From: Candidatus Multivorans azotirespirans
GTDB taxonomy: Bacteria; Acidobacteriota; Thermoanaerobaculia; Multivoradales; Multivoraceae
Length of the DNA: 64,000 nt
Reading direction: 5' to 3'
Assembly: GCA_027493095.1 (NCBI GenBank)
Contig: JAPVXD010000159.1
Span: forward strand, 21,577-85,576
Positions within the stretch are counted from its first letter, which is position 1. Each line of letters opens with the position of its first letter. Positions 1 to 10,700 of the stretch are shown piece after piece. A program made the translations under genes and the position numbers. The notes below the pieces were generated by a model. That model saw only the letters and a program-made list of their open reading frames with translations. It was not told the DNA's origin and ran no database searches.

Positions 1-704
1 TCCGGGAGGCCGACACCGACGTCTCCTACATCGATTTCGAGCACCGGTTCCGTGGCGCTGAAGAAGACATCCGGGACCGCATTCGCGTTTACCTGCCGCG
101 CCTCCGTCAGGCCGCACCGGTCCTGGACCTGGGATGCGGCCGGGGTGAAGCCCTGGCGCTGCTGGAGGCCGAGGGCGTGGAGTGTTGCGGCGTCGATCCC
201 TCCTCGGCGATGGTGCGCCACTGCCTGGAGCAGGGTCTCGGCGTCGAGCAGAAAGACGCGCTGTCCGCACTGGCTCAGACCGAGCCGGCATCCCTGGGCG
301 GCGTGGTCTCCTTCCACGTCATCGAGCATCTGGTTCCGGAAGACATCGCGCGCCTGGTGCGGCTCGCCTTCGCCGCTCTGCGGCCGGGAGGGGTTCTGGT
401 GCTGGAGACGCCGAATCCGCTCTCCGTCGCGGTGACGGCCCGCAGTTTCTGGCTCGATCCGACCCATACGAGACCCGTGCATCCGGAGGCGCTCTCGGCC
501 TGCTACGAACAGGCGGGCTTCACCGGCATCGAGAGGCTCGACCTGCGGCCGTACCCTGAGGAGGAGCGCCTGCCGGAGATCCCGCTCGACGGGTTGGACG
601 GACAGAACCGGGAGCTGGCCGATCGGCTGAATCGTCTCCGGGACGAACTCGACGACTTCCTCTTCGGCTACCGCGACTACGCCCTGATCGGCATCCGGCC
701 GTAG
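1..704 (+). CDS. Class I SAM-dependent methyltransferase (5' end outside window)
   Basis: The reading frame is open from the window edge. It contains the motif I sequence VLDLGCGRGE, then GGVVSFHVIEHL and RPGGVLVLETPNP, typical of Methyltransf_11/23 enzymes. Confidence 0.8.
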   Translation, partial: READTDVSYIDFEHRFRGAEEDIRDRIRVYLPRLRQAAPVLDLGCGRGEALALLEAEGVECCGVDPSSAMVRHCLEQGLGVEQKDALSALAQTEPASLGGVVSFHVIEHLVPEDIARLVRLAFAALRPGGVLVLETPNPLSVAVTARSFWLDPTHTRPVHPEALSACYEQAGFTGIERLDLRPYPEEERLPEIPLDGLDGQNRELADRLNRLRDELDDFLFGYRDYALIGIRP

Positions 705-712
705 ACGCAGCC

Positions 713-3352
713 TTAGGGAACCGCGGCGCGCAACTCGACCCGGCCGACCGCGACGCCCAGGCTGCGGCTGTCCCGCGACGCGGGAAGGTGCGTATCGCTA
801 AGCAGCGCGATCTCCACTTCCGGTGGCTGGAGGTCGCAACTTCCGAGATCGAACGTCGCCTTCCAGCGGTCCCGGATGGTCTCGTCAAAGAGCAGACAGT
901 CATCGGCGGCGATCCGGAACCGCTTGGCGCCGCCGGTCATCACGACCTCCACCGCCAGTTCCGTCGGCGGCGACCGCGGATCGAGCGGCACCCGCAGGCG
1001 CGCATCGCCACGCGTCCAGCGGAACGGGCGGTCGTCCGCCCACTCCATGCCGTGGAATCCGGAAGCCTGTCCGTCAAGAGCCTGAATCTGCTCCTCGCGA
1101 ACGAGATTCGGCCAGCGAGTCGGTGCCGCGTTGCGGTGGACCGCGGCAAGCGCCACCGTGCCGTCCCTGCCGTGCTCGCGAACCTCGAGTACTTCCAGGG
1201 AGTTGGCGCCTGGTACGAACCAGCGCGGATCAACGATTGCTTCCCAGGCAGCACGCCGGCCCATCACCGGGAAGGAGTACGGACGCGTCACCGCCGCTAC
1301 GGTGCCGTTCAGTGCGATCGCCAGCATCGGCGCCGGCGGACCGTCGCCCGCGCTGACCACGGCGCCTGTGATGTGGGCAGGGATGAAATCGCCATCCGGA
1401 TCAACTTCCTGCATCAGCGGCAGAGCGTCGACGAGCACTTCGACAGTCGCCGGCTGCACGGTGCGCAGCGGATCGACCGCACGGCCGATCAGCGTTCCGT
1501 AGCGGCCTTCGGGGGTTGGAACGTCCAGGGGATTGCCTGTTGGGAACCAACTGAACTTCCGCGCGGCGCCCTCGATCACGGCCCGACGAAGGTCGCCCGG
1601 GGCCTCCATGCGTTCGTTTGCCCTGTTGAAGAACATCACCTTGGTCGGACGCGGCGCCAGAGCGGCATCCAGCGCGTTCCTGCCGTCGGCGTTCCACGGT
1701 AGCGCCGCGCCGAGCTCTGCGGCGACCGTCGGGACGATGTCGACAACCTCCACGTTGGCATCGCTCACCGCTCCCCGGCGCTGCCCGGGCCACTTCAGAA
1801 AGAGTGGCACGGCTGCGATCTCCGCGAACGAAGACCGGTTCGGACGTCGAAACGACATGCCGGGCCGCAGGCTGGCGCCGTGGTCGGCGGTGACGACGAT
1901 CAACGCCTCGTCATAGATGCCGACCTTGCGCAGGCGCGCCACCAGTCTGCCAAGCAGCGTGTCGGAGTAGCCCACCTGGAGCAGGTAGCGCTGGTGGTTG
2001 AGCGCGGCGGCCCAGTCGTCGTCGACCCACTTTCCATCCCGTAGGCCGATGCTGCGTCCCTGAAACGTGAATCGCTGCCCCGTCGGCAGGTAGACCCAGG
2101 GTTCGTGCGGTAGAAGCACATGGAGAAAGTGCAGCGTCGGTCCGGTTGCGGTGATCGACTCGATGAAACGGTCGGCTGGCTCCCGGCGGTCCTCGGCCCG
2201 CGCTGACCGCCATCGGTTCTGCACCGTCTCGTTGGCCGCGTTCGCAGCGAAGTCCTTCCACGTCTGGTTCACGGGCGGGAGGGACGCGACCAGTCCCTCC
2301 GGCAGCAGCACCCTCGGATACACGACTGCCAGGTCTCGCAGTACTCCGGAGAGCCGGGCGCCGAATCCCGGGCGTTCGGCGGGACACAGCGATTCCGGAC
2401 ACAGACCGGTCAACGGCTCCTCGACGTGCAGGCGGTAGCGGCTCCCCAGCAACGTGAACAGATTCGCCGGATGGTCTGCGGCCACCGGCAGCCGACCGTG
2501 AGACGGGTAGCTCCCGGTGACGACCGCCGGCAAGGCATGAATCGTCATGTTGGCAACGGCGGTGGCATTGCGGAACCAGGTGGCGTCGTCGGCCAGTGCA
2601 GCGAAGTTCGGAAAGACCGCACGGTCGATGTTGCCGTCGGAATCGAGCAACGCCGCGAGCTGGAACTGATCGAAGACGACAACCACCACGGGCGGCGTGG
2701 AGCGGAACGACACACCGTCGAGCGCGCCGACGTCGTCGGTGGGCGCCAGGACGCGGCCGACGCCGGGGCTCAGCAGAAAGGCCGCCGGTACAGCCAGGAT
2801 TGCCGGGGCAAGAAAGGAGACGAACAAGCGGACCGGCGGGAATCGAAGATAGGCGCCGGCCGAGGCGGAGGCCGTGATGACGACCAGGGCGCCGGACATG
2901 CCGTAGGACCCTTCGCCGAGGGGCCTGAACGCCGCGAGGGCTACCGCTCCGGCGAGCACACCGATCAACGTGCCGGCGACGCGTCGGCGCCAGCGCCAGC
3001 CACAGGAAAGGCCAGCCAGATGAATGAGGAGCACGCAGCCTGACGGAATGGCGAAGCAGAGAAACGCCACGAGCGCCAGCAGATCGGTCGGGCTGGCGTC
3101 ATGGGCGACGAAGAACTCCGGGCTGCGCCCCACGACATCGAAGATCGGTTGGGCGACGGCAATGCCGCAAAGGGCCGTCACGTGGAGTGCTTCAAGGCGC
3201 GCGGCGTTGGGGGCATCCCGCGTCGGTCGCCGGGGACGGACCGCGCGACCGAGATCGGCTGCCCGAGCTGCTGCACGCGCCCAGAGCGGTGGATCCGGGT
3301 CTGAAGCGCCAGCTTGGTTCATGGGTCCGGCGGGCGATGGTACTGGAGGCAT
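713..3352 (-). CDS. Membrane-anchored sulfatase / alkaline-phosphatase superfamily protein (LTA-synthase or phosphoglycerol-transferase-like) with a long uncharacterised C-terminal domain
   Basis: 879-aa ORF. The N-terminus has several hydrophobic helices. The core carries VVVVFDQFQ and VVTADHGASLRPG motifs typical of the sulfatase fold. The start codon is uncertain. Confidence 0.65.
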   Translation of the reverse strand: MPPVPSPAGPMNQAGASDPDPPLWARAAARAADLGRAVRPRRPTRDAPNAARLEALHVTALCGIAVAQPIFDVVGRSPEFFVAHDASPTDLLALVAFLCFAIPSGCVLLIHLAGLSCGWRWRRRVAGTLIGVLAGAVALAAFRPLGEGSYGMSGALVVITASASAGAYLRFPPVRLFVSFLAPAILAVPAAFLLSPGVGRVLAPTDDVGALDGVSFRSTPPVVVVVFDQFQLAALLDSDGNIDRAVFPNFAALADDATWFRNATAVANMTIHALPAVVTGSYPSHGRLPVAADHPANLFTLLGSRYRLHVEEPLTGLCPESLCPAERPGFGARLSGVLRDLAVVYPRVLLPEGLVASLPPVNQTWKDFAANAANETVQNRWRSARAEDRREPADRFIESITATGPTLHFLHVLLPHEPWVYLPTGQRFTFQGRSIGLRDGKWVDDDWAAALNHQRYLLQVGYSDTLLGRLVARLRKVGIYDEALIVVTADHGASLRPGMSFRRPNRSSFAEIAAVPLFLKWPGQRRGAVSDANVEVVDIVPTVAAELGAALPWNADGRNALDAALAPRPTKVMFFNRANERMEAPGDLRRAVIEGAARKFSWFPTGNPLDVPTPEGRYGTLIGRAVDPLRTVQPATVEVLVDALPLMQEVDPDGDFIPAHITGAVVSAGDGPPAPMLAIALNGTVAAVTRPYSFPVMGRRAAWEAIVDPRWFVPGANSLEVLEVREHGRDGTVALAAVHRNAAPTRWPNLVREEQIQALDGQASGFHGMEWADDRPFRWTRGDARLRVPLDPRSPPTELAVEVVMTGGAKRFRIAADDCLLFDETIRDRWKATFDLGSCDLQPPEVEIALLSDTHLPASRDSRSLGVAVGRVELRAAVP

Positions 3353-3405
3353 CGCTCGGAAGCCGAGGCGGCCAACGCCTCACCCCCGACGCCGACGATC
3401 AGGAT

Positions 3406-5886
3406 TCAGGAACCGTCGGCCTTGTCGCCCTTCTGCCAGCCGCGCATGATCGGCGTCCAGTCGACGACGTCTTCCGGCATGTTCTCGCCCGCCTTCGGCG
3501 CGCCGTACAGTGCGCGTTGCTGGTACCACGGCAGGTCGTAGACCGGGCGAGTTCCGGGGTCGAACGAAAGGACCGGCTCGGTGCCGGCGATAAAGGCCTC
3601 TTCGATCACGCGTTGGCCGGACCGGCGCCGCGCCGGCAGGAGGCCGGAGTGGTACTCGACCTGCCGGAGTCGCACCTGGTTGGGCCTGGTGAAGGTGAGG
3701 TCGGGGTCCACCCAGCCGCCCTCGATCCCCAGGCGGAGCACCTCGTTCCAGATCGGCAGCGCCGCCACGGCGCCGGTCATGTTCCTGCCGATTCGCCGTT
3801 GCTGGTCGTAGCCCACCCAGACCACGAGGGTGTACCTGGGCGTGAAGCCCGCGAACCAGGCGTCCGTGAAGCCGTCCGTCGTACCGGTCTTCCCGGCAAC
3901 GGCCGCCAGGCCGAGCGCCCGCGCGGACTGGCCCGTTCCGCGCTGAACCACGCCCGAGAGCACATGGGTGAGCAGGAACGCGACTTCGGGCGTGATGACG
4001 GTCGATGCCTGCGGCACATGGACATCGAGTTCGCGGCCGTCGCGGGTCGTGACACGCTCTACGAAGTAAGGCTCAACGTGGACTCCCAGGTTCGCGATCG
4101 TGGCGTAGGAGGTCGCCACCTCGAGCACGGTGAGGTCGGCCGCGCCGAGGGCGAGGCTCGGATAGGGCAGGAGTGGCGAACGGATGCCCGTGCGGTGGGC
4201 GAAGTCGACGACTCGTTCCGCCCCGACGATGTCGTGGAGCTTGACCGACGTGACGTTGACCGACCTCTCCAGGGCCCGGCGCAGGGTCAGGATGCCCAGA
4301 TACTGCCGGTAGAAGTTGCGGGGACTGTAGTTGAGCTGGTTGTCGGCGCCCAGGAACACGGCGGGCGCGTCGAACAGGGTGTCGGCGGGAGTGAAGCCGT
4401 GTTCGAAGGCGGCGCCGAACACGAGCGGCTTGAACAGGGAACCGACCTGGCGACGGGCCTGGAAGGCGCGGTTGAACTCGCTGCGCTCGTAGTCCCACCC
4501 TCCGACCATCGCTCGCACCGCGCCGGTCGCCGACTCGAGCAAGAGGACCGCGCCCTCGATCCGCGGTTCCTGGACGAGTTCCAATTCGAACCGCGGCTGG
4601 TCCGCGCCTTCTTCGACGGAAGCGGCATCGTCCGGGGTCCGCAACTCGAACCAGGCGACGTCGCCCCTTCGCAGCGGCGGCGAGTCCCTGCGCGTCCATT
4701 CGTAGCCCGGCGACTCCAGCATGAAGCGGTGATCCGCGATCCGGATCTCCGCGTTCTCCCGTCCGCGCTGGAGAACGACGCCCGGCACCCAGGTGCCGGC
4801 CTCGGGCTCGAAACCGACCCACCGGGCCAGGACCCCGCCGAACGACTCGGCCAGGTCCGGCGCCGTGAGATCGTCCTGGTCCACGCGGCCGACGGCACCG
4901 CGGTAGCCGCGCAGGCGGTCGATTCTCATCAGCCCTCCGCGCAGGGCCTGCGCGGCAGCTTCCTGCATTCTCTGGTCGAGGGTCGTCTGCACCTGCAGGC
5001 CGCGCTCATACAGCCCCTTCTGCCCGTAGGAGCGGTAGAGGTCGAGGCGGACCTTCTCCGCGAAGTAGGGTGCGACCGCCTTCGGTTCTCGCTGGGTGAC
5101 GACATCGAGCGGCGACGCGGCCGCCCCGAGCGCCTCGTCGCGCGTCATCACGCCCCGCTGGCCCAGCATCCGCAGGATGGCGTCGCGGCGGGTGCGGACG
5201 ATCTCCGGGCGACGGTAGGGCGTCCACACGCTCGGGCTCGGCACGATAGCCACCAGGGTCGCCGCCTCGGTGTAGGTCAGTTCGGCCGAGGGCTTCCCGA
5301 AGTAGTAGCGGGACGCCGATTCCACGCCGTAGTTGCCGTGGCCGAAGTAGGTGAGGTTGCAGTAGAGCGTGAGGATCTGCTGCTTGCTGAGGCGCTTCTC
5401 GAGCTCGACCGCGAGCAGGGTCTCCCGGATCTTCCGGCGCCAGACCTTGGCCCGGTCCAGGAAGAGCATCCGCGCCACCTGCATGGTGATCGTCGAGGCG
5501 CCGGAAAAACGCTCCCCGCGCCGCCAGTTCTGGAGTACCGCGCGAAAGACGCCGATGATGTCGAAACCGCCGTGGGCGTAGAAGTTCCGGTCCTCGGCGG
5601 CGAGCAGGACCCGCGTGAACGTCTCCGGCACCTCTCCTTCGGCGAGCAGGATGCGCTTCTCGACCGAGTAGCTCCTGAACGGCTCTCCGTGGCGGTCGCT
5701 CAGCCGGGTGATCTGGCTGGGCGTCAGCTCGGCCACGGTCTCGACTTGCGGCAGATCGATCACCGCGGCGACGCCGACGCCTAGCGCCACGCCCACGACA
5801 GGGGTGATGGCGACCGGTGTCAGCCAGCGCCAGTGCCTGACGCACCAGCCCCGCACCATGTCCGGGATTACGCGCGCCGCTTTCAT
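3406..5886 (-). CDS. mrcA: Penicillin-binding protein 1A (bifunctional glycosyltransferase/transpeptidase)
   Basis: GT51 motifs are present: EDRNFYAHGGFD, GASTITMQVARMLFL and RKIRE. The transpeptidase part has the SLFKP (SxxK) and KTGTT motifs. I picked the ATG at 5886 (MKAARV.. followed by a TM helix). The longest ORF extends to 6030 but would overlap the divergent neighbour. Confidence 0.9.
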   Translation of the reverse strand: MKAARVIPDMVRGWCVRHWRWLTPVAITPVVGVALGVGVAAVIDLPQVETVAELTPSQITRLSDRHGEPFRSYSVEKRILLAEGEVPETFTRVLLAAEDRNFYAHGGFDIIGVFRAVLQNWRRGERFSGASTITMQVARMLFLDRAKVWRRKIRETLLAVELEKRLSKQQILTLYCNLTYFGHGNYGVESASRYYFGKPSAELTYTEAATLVAIVPSPSVWTPYRRPEIVRTRRDAILRMLGQRGVMTRDEALGAAASPLDVVTQREPKAVAPYFAEKVRLDLYRSYGQKGLYERGLQVQTTLDQRMQEAAAQALRGGLMRIDRLRGYRGAVGRVDQDDLTAPDLAESFGGVLARWVGFEPEAGTWVPGVVLQRGRENAEIRIADHRFMLESPGYEWTRRDSPPLRRGDVAWFELRTPDDAASVEEGADQPRFELELVQEPRIEGAVLLLESATGAVRAMVGGWDYERSEFNRAFQARRQVGSLFKPLVFGAAFEHGFTPADTLFDAPAVFLGADNQLNYSPRNFYRQYLGILTLRRALERSVNVTSVKLHDIVGAERVVDFAHRTGIRSPLLPYPSLALGAADLTVLEVATSYATIANLGVHVEPYFVERVTTRDGRELDVHVPQASTVITPEVAFLLTHVLSGVVQRGTGQSARALGLAAVAGKTGTTDGFTDAWFAGFTPRYTLVVWVGYDQQRRIGRNMTGAVAALPIWNEVLRLGIEGGWVDPDLTFTRPNQVRLRQVEYHSGLLPARRRSGQRVIEEAFIAGTEPVLSFDPGTRPVYDLPWYQQRALYGAPKAGENMPEDVVDWTPIMRGWQKGDKADGS

Positions 5887-5933
5887 CTCCCGACCTGCCA
5901 CCTTCAACGCCCGAATATCATACGGCGCGTTCC

Positions 5934-6401
5934 ATGACTCCCGAAGCCGACCAGGCGTCCGGCCTGCCGCCGCTGCCGGAACCCTTTCCCGAGCCCCAGG
6001 CCGCTCGGTCGGCGGACCCGGAACGGACACGTCGCGGCTGTTTCGTCGCCGGCCTGGTGGGCTGCGGCCTGATCGTGGTGCTCTTCATCGTCGGTCTGGC
6101 CGTGATGGTCACGCAGGCCGACGAACTGCTGGAGTTCGTTCTTGACTTCAGCCGCGAGCGGATCGTGGCCGAGCTGCCGGACGACGTGCAGCACGCAGAA
6201 CGTCAACGCCTGGAGCGGGCGTTTGATTCCGTGCTCGAGCACTACCAGAGCGGTGCAGCCTCGCCGGCCGACAACCGCCGGCTCCAGCTGGCGCTCACCG
6301 ACGCGATCGGGAGACTCGAACGCGGCCTCTTCGATCAGGACGACCTGCGACGTCTGACCGAGCGGCTCGAGAACATCGCGGCCTCCGATCCGGGGGGCTG
6401 A
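5934..6401 (+). CDS. Hypothetical single-pass membrane protein
   Basis: 155-aa ORF with one hydrophobic helix ([23 protein letters not shown]) and a balanced, non-artefact composition afterwards. Its stop abuts the uvrB start. Confidence 0.5.
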   Translation: MTPEADQASGLPPLPEPFPEPQAARSADPERTRRGCFVAGLVGCGLIVVLFIVGLAVMVTQADELLEFVLDFSRERIVAELPDDVQHAERQRLERAFDSVLEHYQSGAASPADNRRLQLALTDAIGRLERGLFDQDDLRRLTERLENIAASDPGG

Positions 6402-6402
6402 C

Positions 6403-8442
6403 TTGCCCGCCGTCGTGGACTCCGGGGCCGAGCGGACCGGGCGCTTCGAGCTGGTGTCTCCCTTCAGCCCGCAGGGAGATCAACCGGCAGCAATTCGTGA
6501 ACTCGCGGACGGGGTGCGGTCCGGCGTCCCCGAACAGGTGCTGCTGGGAGTCACCGGCTCGGGCAAGACCTACACCGTCGCCAAGGTCGTCGAGGCCGTG
6601 AATCGGCCGACGCTGGTCCTTTCCCACAACAAGACCCTGGCGGCCCAGCTCTACCAGGAGTTCAGGAGCTTCTTTCCCCACAACGCGGTGGAGTACTTCG
6701 TCTCCTACTACGACTACTACCAGCCCGAGGCTTACGTCCCGCAGTCCGACACCTACATCGAGAAGGAGACGAGCATCAACGACGAGATCGACCGTCTACG
6801 ACTCAGGGCCACGATCTCGCTGTTCGAACGCCGCGACGTCCTGATCGTGGCGTCCGTCTCCTGCATCTACGGTCTTGGCGCGCCGGACGTCTTCTTCTCG
6901 ATGCTCCAGTTCTTCGAGCGCGGCGCCGAACTGCCCCTCGAACGGGCCCAGCGGAGCCTGGCCGAGATGCAGTACGAGCGCACCCGCCTCGATCTCTTCC
7001 ACGGCAGCTTCCGCGTCCGCGGCGACGTCCTCGAGATTCTCCCGGCCTACGACGACCGGGGTATCCGGGTCGAGTACTTCGGCGACGAGGTCGACCGGGT
7101 CTGCCGGTTCGATGTGATCAGCGGTCGGGTGCTCGAGGAGGTGGACCGGATTCCGGTCTTTCCGCGCAACCACTACGTGACGCCGGAGGAACGGATGCGG
7201 CGGGCGATCGCATCGATCCGGGAGGAACTCGGCGAGCACCTGGCGGTCCTCGAGCGGGAGAACCGCCTGCTCGAGATGCAGCGGCTGGAGCAGAGAACCC
7301 GCTACGACGTCGAGATGCTTCGCGAGCTCGGCTCATGCGCCGGCATCGAGAACTACTCCCGCCACCTCTCCGGACGCGCCCCCGGCGAAGCGCCGCCCAC
7401 GTTCCTCGACTACCTGCCCGAAGACTTCCTGCTCGTCGTCGACGAGAGCCACCAGACGATTCCGCAGGTCGGCGGCATGTACCGGGGCGACCGGGCCCGC
7501 AAGGAGACTCTCGTCGAGTTCGGGTTTCGCCTGCCGAGCGCGCTGGACAACCGGCCGCTGCGCTTCGACGAGTTCGAGGAGCGTTGCGGTCAGCGCATCT
7601 ACGTGTCGGCGACCCCGGGGCCGTTCGAACTGGAGCGGACGGGCGGAGTCGTTGTGGAGCAGATCATCCGGCCGACCGGATTGCTCGACCCGAGGATCGA
7701 ACTGCGGCCCTCGGCCAACCAGATCGACGACCTGGTGGCGGAGGCCCGCCACGCGATCGAGCGCGGCGAGCGCGTCCTGGTGACGACGCTGACCAAGCGG
7801 ATGGCGGAGGAACTCACCCAGTACCTGAACGAACTCGGCCTCAGGGTGCGCTACCTGCACAGCGACATCGACACCCTGGAACGGGTCGAGATCACGACCG
7901 CCCTGCGCCGCGGCGACTTCGACATCCTGGTCGGCATCAACCTCCTGCGTGAGGGCCTCGATCTGCCCGAGGTGTCCGTGGTCGCCATCCTGGACGCCGA
8001 CAAGGAGGGCTTCCTGCGCAGCGAGGTCTCGCTGATCCAGACCGCGGGCCGAGCGGCCCGCAACCTGAACGGCAGGGTGATCTTCTATGCCGACCAGCGG
8101 ACGGAGTCGATCGACCGGTCGATGGAGGAGACGGAGCGCCGGCGGCAGGTCCAGGAGCGCTACAACCGCGAACACGGAATCGAACCGGCCTCGATCCTCA
8201 AGGAGGTGCACAGTCCCCTGGTGCAGATGAGCAACCTCGACTACCTGCACAAGGCGGGAGGGGAAGCGGCGGCCGCGGTGGAGGATCTGTTGCGGGAAGA
8301 CGCGCCCGAGATGCCCCTGGAACGTCGGATCGCGCGCCTGGAGAAGGCGATGAAACAGGCGTCGAGGCGGCTCGAGTTCGAGCAGGCGGCGGTGCTTCGG
8401 GACCGGCTCAAGGAACTCCGGGAACTCAAGGTGATGGGCTGA
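6403..8442 (+). CDS. uvrB: Excinuclease ABC subunit B
   Basis: Walker [23 protein letters not shown], helicase motifs, and a C-terminal UVR domain ([14 protein letters not shown]). TTG start. Confidence 0.97.
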   Translation: MPAVVDSGAERTGRFELVSPFSPQGDQPAAIRELADGVRSGVPEQVLLGVTGSGKTYTVAKVVEAVNRPTLVLSHNKTLAAQLYQEFRSFFPHNAVEYFVSYYDYYQPEAYVPQSDTYIEKETSINDEIDRLRLRATISLFERRDVLIVASVSCIYGLGAPDVFFSMLQFFERGAELPLERAQRSLAEMQYERTRLDLFHGSFRVRGDVLEILPAYDDRGIRVEYFGDEVDRVCRFDVISGRVLEEVDRIPVFPRNHYVTPEERMRRAIASIREELGEHLAVLERENRLLEMQRLEQRTRYDVEMLRELGSCAGIENYSRHLSGRAPGEAPPTFLDYLPEDFLLVVDESHQTIPQVGGMYRGDRARKETLVEFGFRLPSALDNRPLRFDEFEERCGQRIYVSATPGPFELERTGGVVVEQIIRPTGLLDPRIELRPSANQIDDLVAEARHAIERGERVLVTTLTKRMAEELTQYLNELGLRVRYLHSDIDTLERVEITTALRRGDFDILVGINLLREGLDLPEVSVVAILDADKEGFLRSEVSLIQTAGRAARNLNGRVIFYADQRTESIDRSMEETERRRQVQERYNREHGIEPASILKEVHSPLVQMSNLDYLHKAGGEAAAAVEDLLREDAPEMPLERRIARLEKAMKQASRRLEFEQAAVLRDRLKELRELKVMG

Positions 8443-10253
8443 TGCACCCGGAGCTCTCCCAGAAACTCGGCGAGCTCCCGGACCTGCCGGGGATCTACAT
8501 CTTCAAGTCGAAGGCGGGGGAGGCGCTCTACGTCGGCAAGGCGAAGTCCCTCAGGCGCCGCGCCGCCGCCTACCGCAAGCCGGCCGACGACCCGCGCATC
8601 GCGCTGATGCTTCACGACGCGACCGATGTCGAGTTCGTCGTCGCCGACTCCGAAGCCGAGGCCCTTCTGTTCGAGAACAACTGGATCAAACGGCGCCAGC
8701 CCCGCTTCAACATACGCCTGCGCGACGACAAGACGTATCCGTACCTCAAGCTGACGCTGGCGGACGGACATCCGCGGCTTGCCTTCACCCGCCGAGTCCG
8801 CCGCGACAGGGCCGAGTACTACGGCCCCTACCTGCCGGCAGGGCTGGCGCGCAAGGCGATCAAGTTGACCCAGAAGCTGTTCGGCATCCGGGTTTGCCGG
8901 ATCGAGATCGACGGCAGCCTGCCGCGACCCTGCCTCTACTACGACATGAAGCGCTGTCTCGGACCCTGCGTCGACGGACTGACCACCGACGAGGCGTACG
9001 CCGACGCGGTAGAGAAGGCCCGGCTCTTCCTGGCCGGCCGGAACGAGGAGCTGCTGAAGGATCTGCGCGCCCGGATGCGGACGCACGCGGACGAGCTCGA
9101 CTTCGAGGCGGCGGCGAGGGTGCGCGACACGATTCACGAGATCGACGAGGTCAGCCAGCGACGCAAGCTGAGGTCGGCCCGCGGAGAGGACGTCGACATC
9201 TTCGGCGTCCACATCAGCGGCGACAACGCGGCGGTCACCGTCCTGGTCATGCGGGGCGGGCAGGTGCTGGACCGGCGCGAGCTGTTCTGGGAGGGAGTGC
9301 CGAGAATCACCGCCGAACGTCTTCTCTCCGAACTGCTGCCCCAGCTCTACGACCGCACGACGCTGATTCCCAGGGAGATCCACCTGCCGGCGCCGATTGA
9401 AGGCGAGGAGGCGCTGATCGAGTGGCTGAGCCGCCGCAGGGAGTCCAGGGTCTATCTCCGCATGCCGTCGCGCGGGCCAAAGGCGCAACGCATCGCCCTC
9501 GCCAACCGGAACGCGGCGATGGCTTTCCGGCGCCGTTTCCGTGGTGCGGGCGTCGCCGGCGAGGCCGGCGCGGCGCTGAGGAAGGCGCTGGACCTGGCCG
9601 ACCCGCCGCGGCGGATCGAGGGCTTCGACATCTCGACCTTCGGCGGTAGCCAGACCGTCGCTTCGCTGGTCGTCTGGAACGACGGGCGGATGGTCAAGGG
9701 CCAGTACCGGAGCTTCAACATCCGGGGCCTTTCCCAGGCCGACGACTTCGCCGCGATCCGGCAGGCGGTCAGCCGTCGCTACCGGCGCGTGCTGGAGGAA
9801 GTGGGCGAGATGCCCGACCTGATCCTGATCGATGGCGGGCGCGGACAGTTGAATGCAGCGCTCGAGGCGCTCGTGGAGCTGGGTGTCGACGAAACGCCCG
9901 TGGTCGGACTCGCCAAGAGGGAGGAGGAACTCTACCTGCCGGCGCGCCCCGCGCCGCTCAGGCTGAAGCGGAGCCATGCCGGCCTGCGCGTGCTGCAACA
10001 GGTACGGGACGAGGCGCACCGCTTCGCCGTCTCCCGGCACAGACGCCGTCGTTCGCGAAGGACGCTGCACAGCCGCTTCGACGACCTACGGGGCATCGGG
10101 CCGCAACGACGCAAGTTGCTGGTGCGCCGCTTCGGCAGCTACGCCGGCGTAGTCCAGGCCTCGGAGCAGCAACTCAGCGAGGTCCTCGGGCCCAAGCTGG
10201 CGCGCTCGGTCTACGCAGCAGTCCACGGCGAGCGCTCCCGCTCCGGACAGTGA
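8442..10253 (+). CDS. uvrC: Excinuclease ABC subunit C
   Basis: GIY-YIG N-terminus ([25 protein letters not shown]), a UVR domain (FEAAARVRD), an endonuclease V-like domain and a C-terminal HhH. Overlaps the uvrB stop by 1 nt. Confidence 0.97.
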   Translation: MHPELSQKLGELPDLPGIYIFKSKAGEALYVGKAKSLRRRAAAYRKPADDPRIALMLHDATDVEFVVADSEAEALLFENNWIKRRQPRFNIRLRDDKTYPYLKLTLADGHPRLAFTRRVRRDRAEYYGPYLPAGLARKAIKLTQKLFGIRVCRIEIDGSLPRPCLYYDMKRCLGPCVDGLTTDEAYADAVEKARLFLAGRNEELLKDLRARMRTHADELDFEAAARVRDTIHEIDEVSQRRKLRSARGEDVDIFGVHISGDNAAVTVLVMRGGQVLDRRELFWEGVPRITAERLLSELLPQLYDRTTLIPREIHLPAPIEGEEALIEWLSRRRESRVYLRMPSRGPKAQRIALANRNAAMAFRRRFRGAGVAGEAGAALRKALDLADPPRRIEGFDISTFGGSQTVASLVVWNDGRMVKGQYRSFNIRGLSQADDFAAIRQAVSRRYRRVLEEVGEMPDLILIDGGRGQLNAALEALVELGVDETPVVGLAKREEELYLPARPAPLRLKRSHAGLRVLQQVRDEAHRFAVSRHRRRRSRRTLHSRFDDLRGIGPQRRKLLVRRFGSYAGVVQASEQQLSEVLGPKLARSVYAAVHGERSRSGQ

Positions 10254-10277
10254 GAGGGCGGGAACTGCTAGCCTCTC

Positions 10278-10700
10278 CGTGCCGGAGGACCGGATGCGGT
10301 CGCTGCCGGCGGGAAACCGCCGGTGGAGGAAAGTCCGGACTCCAACGGACGGCATGCTTGCTAACGGCAAGGCGCGGTGACGCGACGGAAAGTGCAGCAG
10401 AGAGTAGACCGCCGGCCCTGGATCCCCGGGGTCCGAGAGGACCCGGAGAAAGTCGAGGGCGGGCAAGGGTGAAACGGTGCGGTAAGAGCGCACCGCTCGG
10501 CCGGCGACGGTTCGAGGCGATGGCAAACCCCATGTGGAGCAAGACCAAATAGGGAGAACGGATCGGGTTGTCCGTCCCGGTTCCGGGCTGTTCGCGGCGC
10601 GGGACGTTCTCCGGGTAGGTCGCATAGATGAATGGCCGCCTCCCGAAGCCTCCGGGCTGTGGGACGAACAGAATCCGGCTTACGAGGTCCTCCGGCGCTT
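10278..10700 (+). ncRNA. rnpB: RNase P RNA, bacterial type A
   Basis: Universally conserved blocks GGAGGAAAGTCCGGACTCC (about 10322-10340) and ACAGAATCCGGCTTA (about 10669-10683). A P1 helix forms between GCCGGAGGACC (10281-10291) and GGTCCTCCGGC (10686-10696). Ends are approximate, within about 5 nt. Confidence 0.85.

Noticed and set aside
3187-5784. 865-aa ORF on the plus strand, with similar very long ORFs at 8241-10070, 10174-11673, 12311-13426, 36314-38110, 39608-40981, 53839-55569, 57350-59353 and 62184-63956
   Set aside because: Each lies antisense to, or out of frame with, a gene that has unmistakable family motifs (PBP1A, uvrC, ldcA, recG, and so on). Their translations are dominated by Arg, Pro, Gly and Ala, as expected for stop-poor frames in high-GC DNA, and they carry no recognisable motifs.
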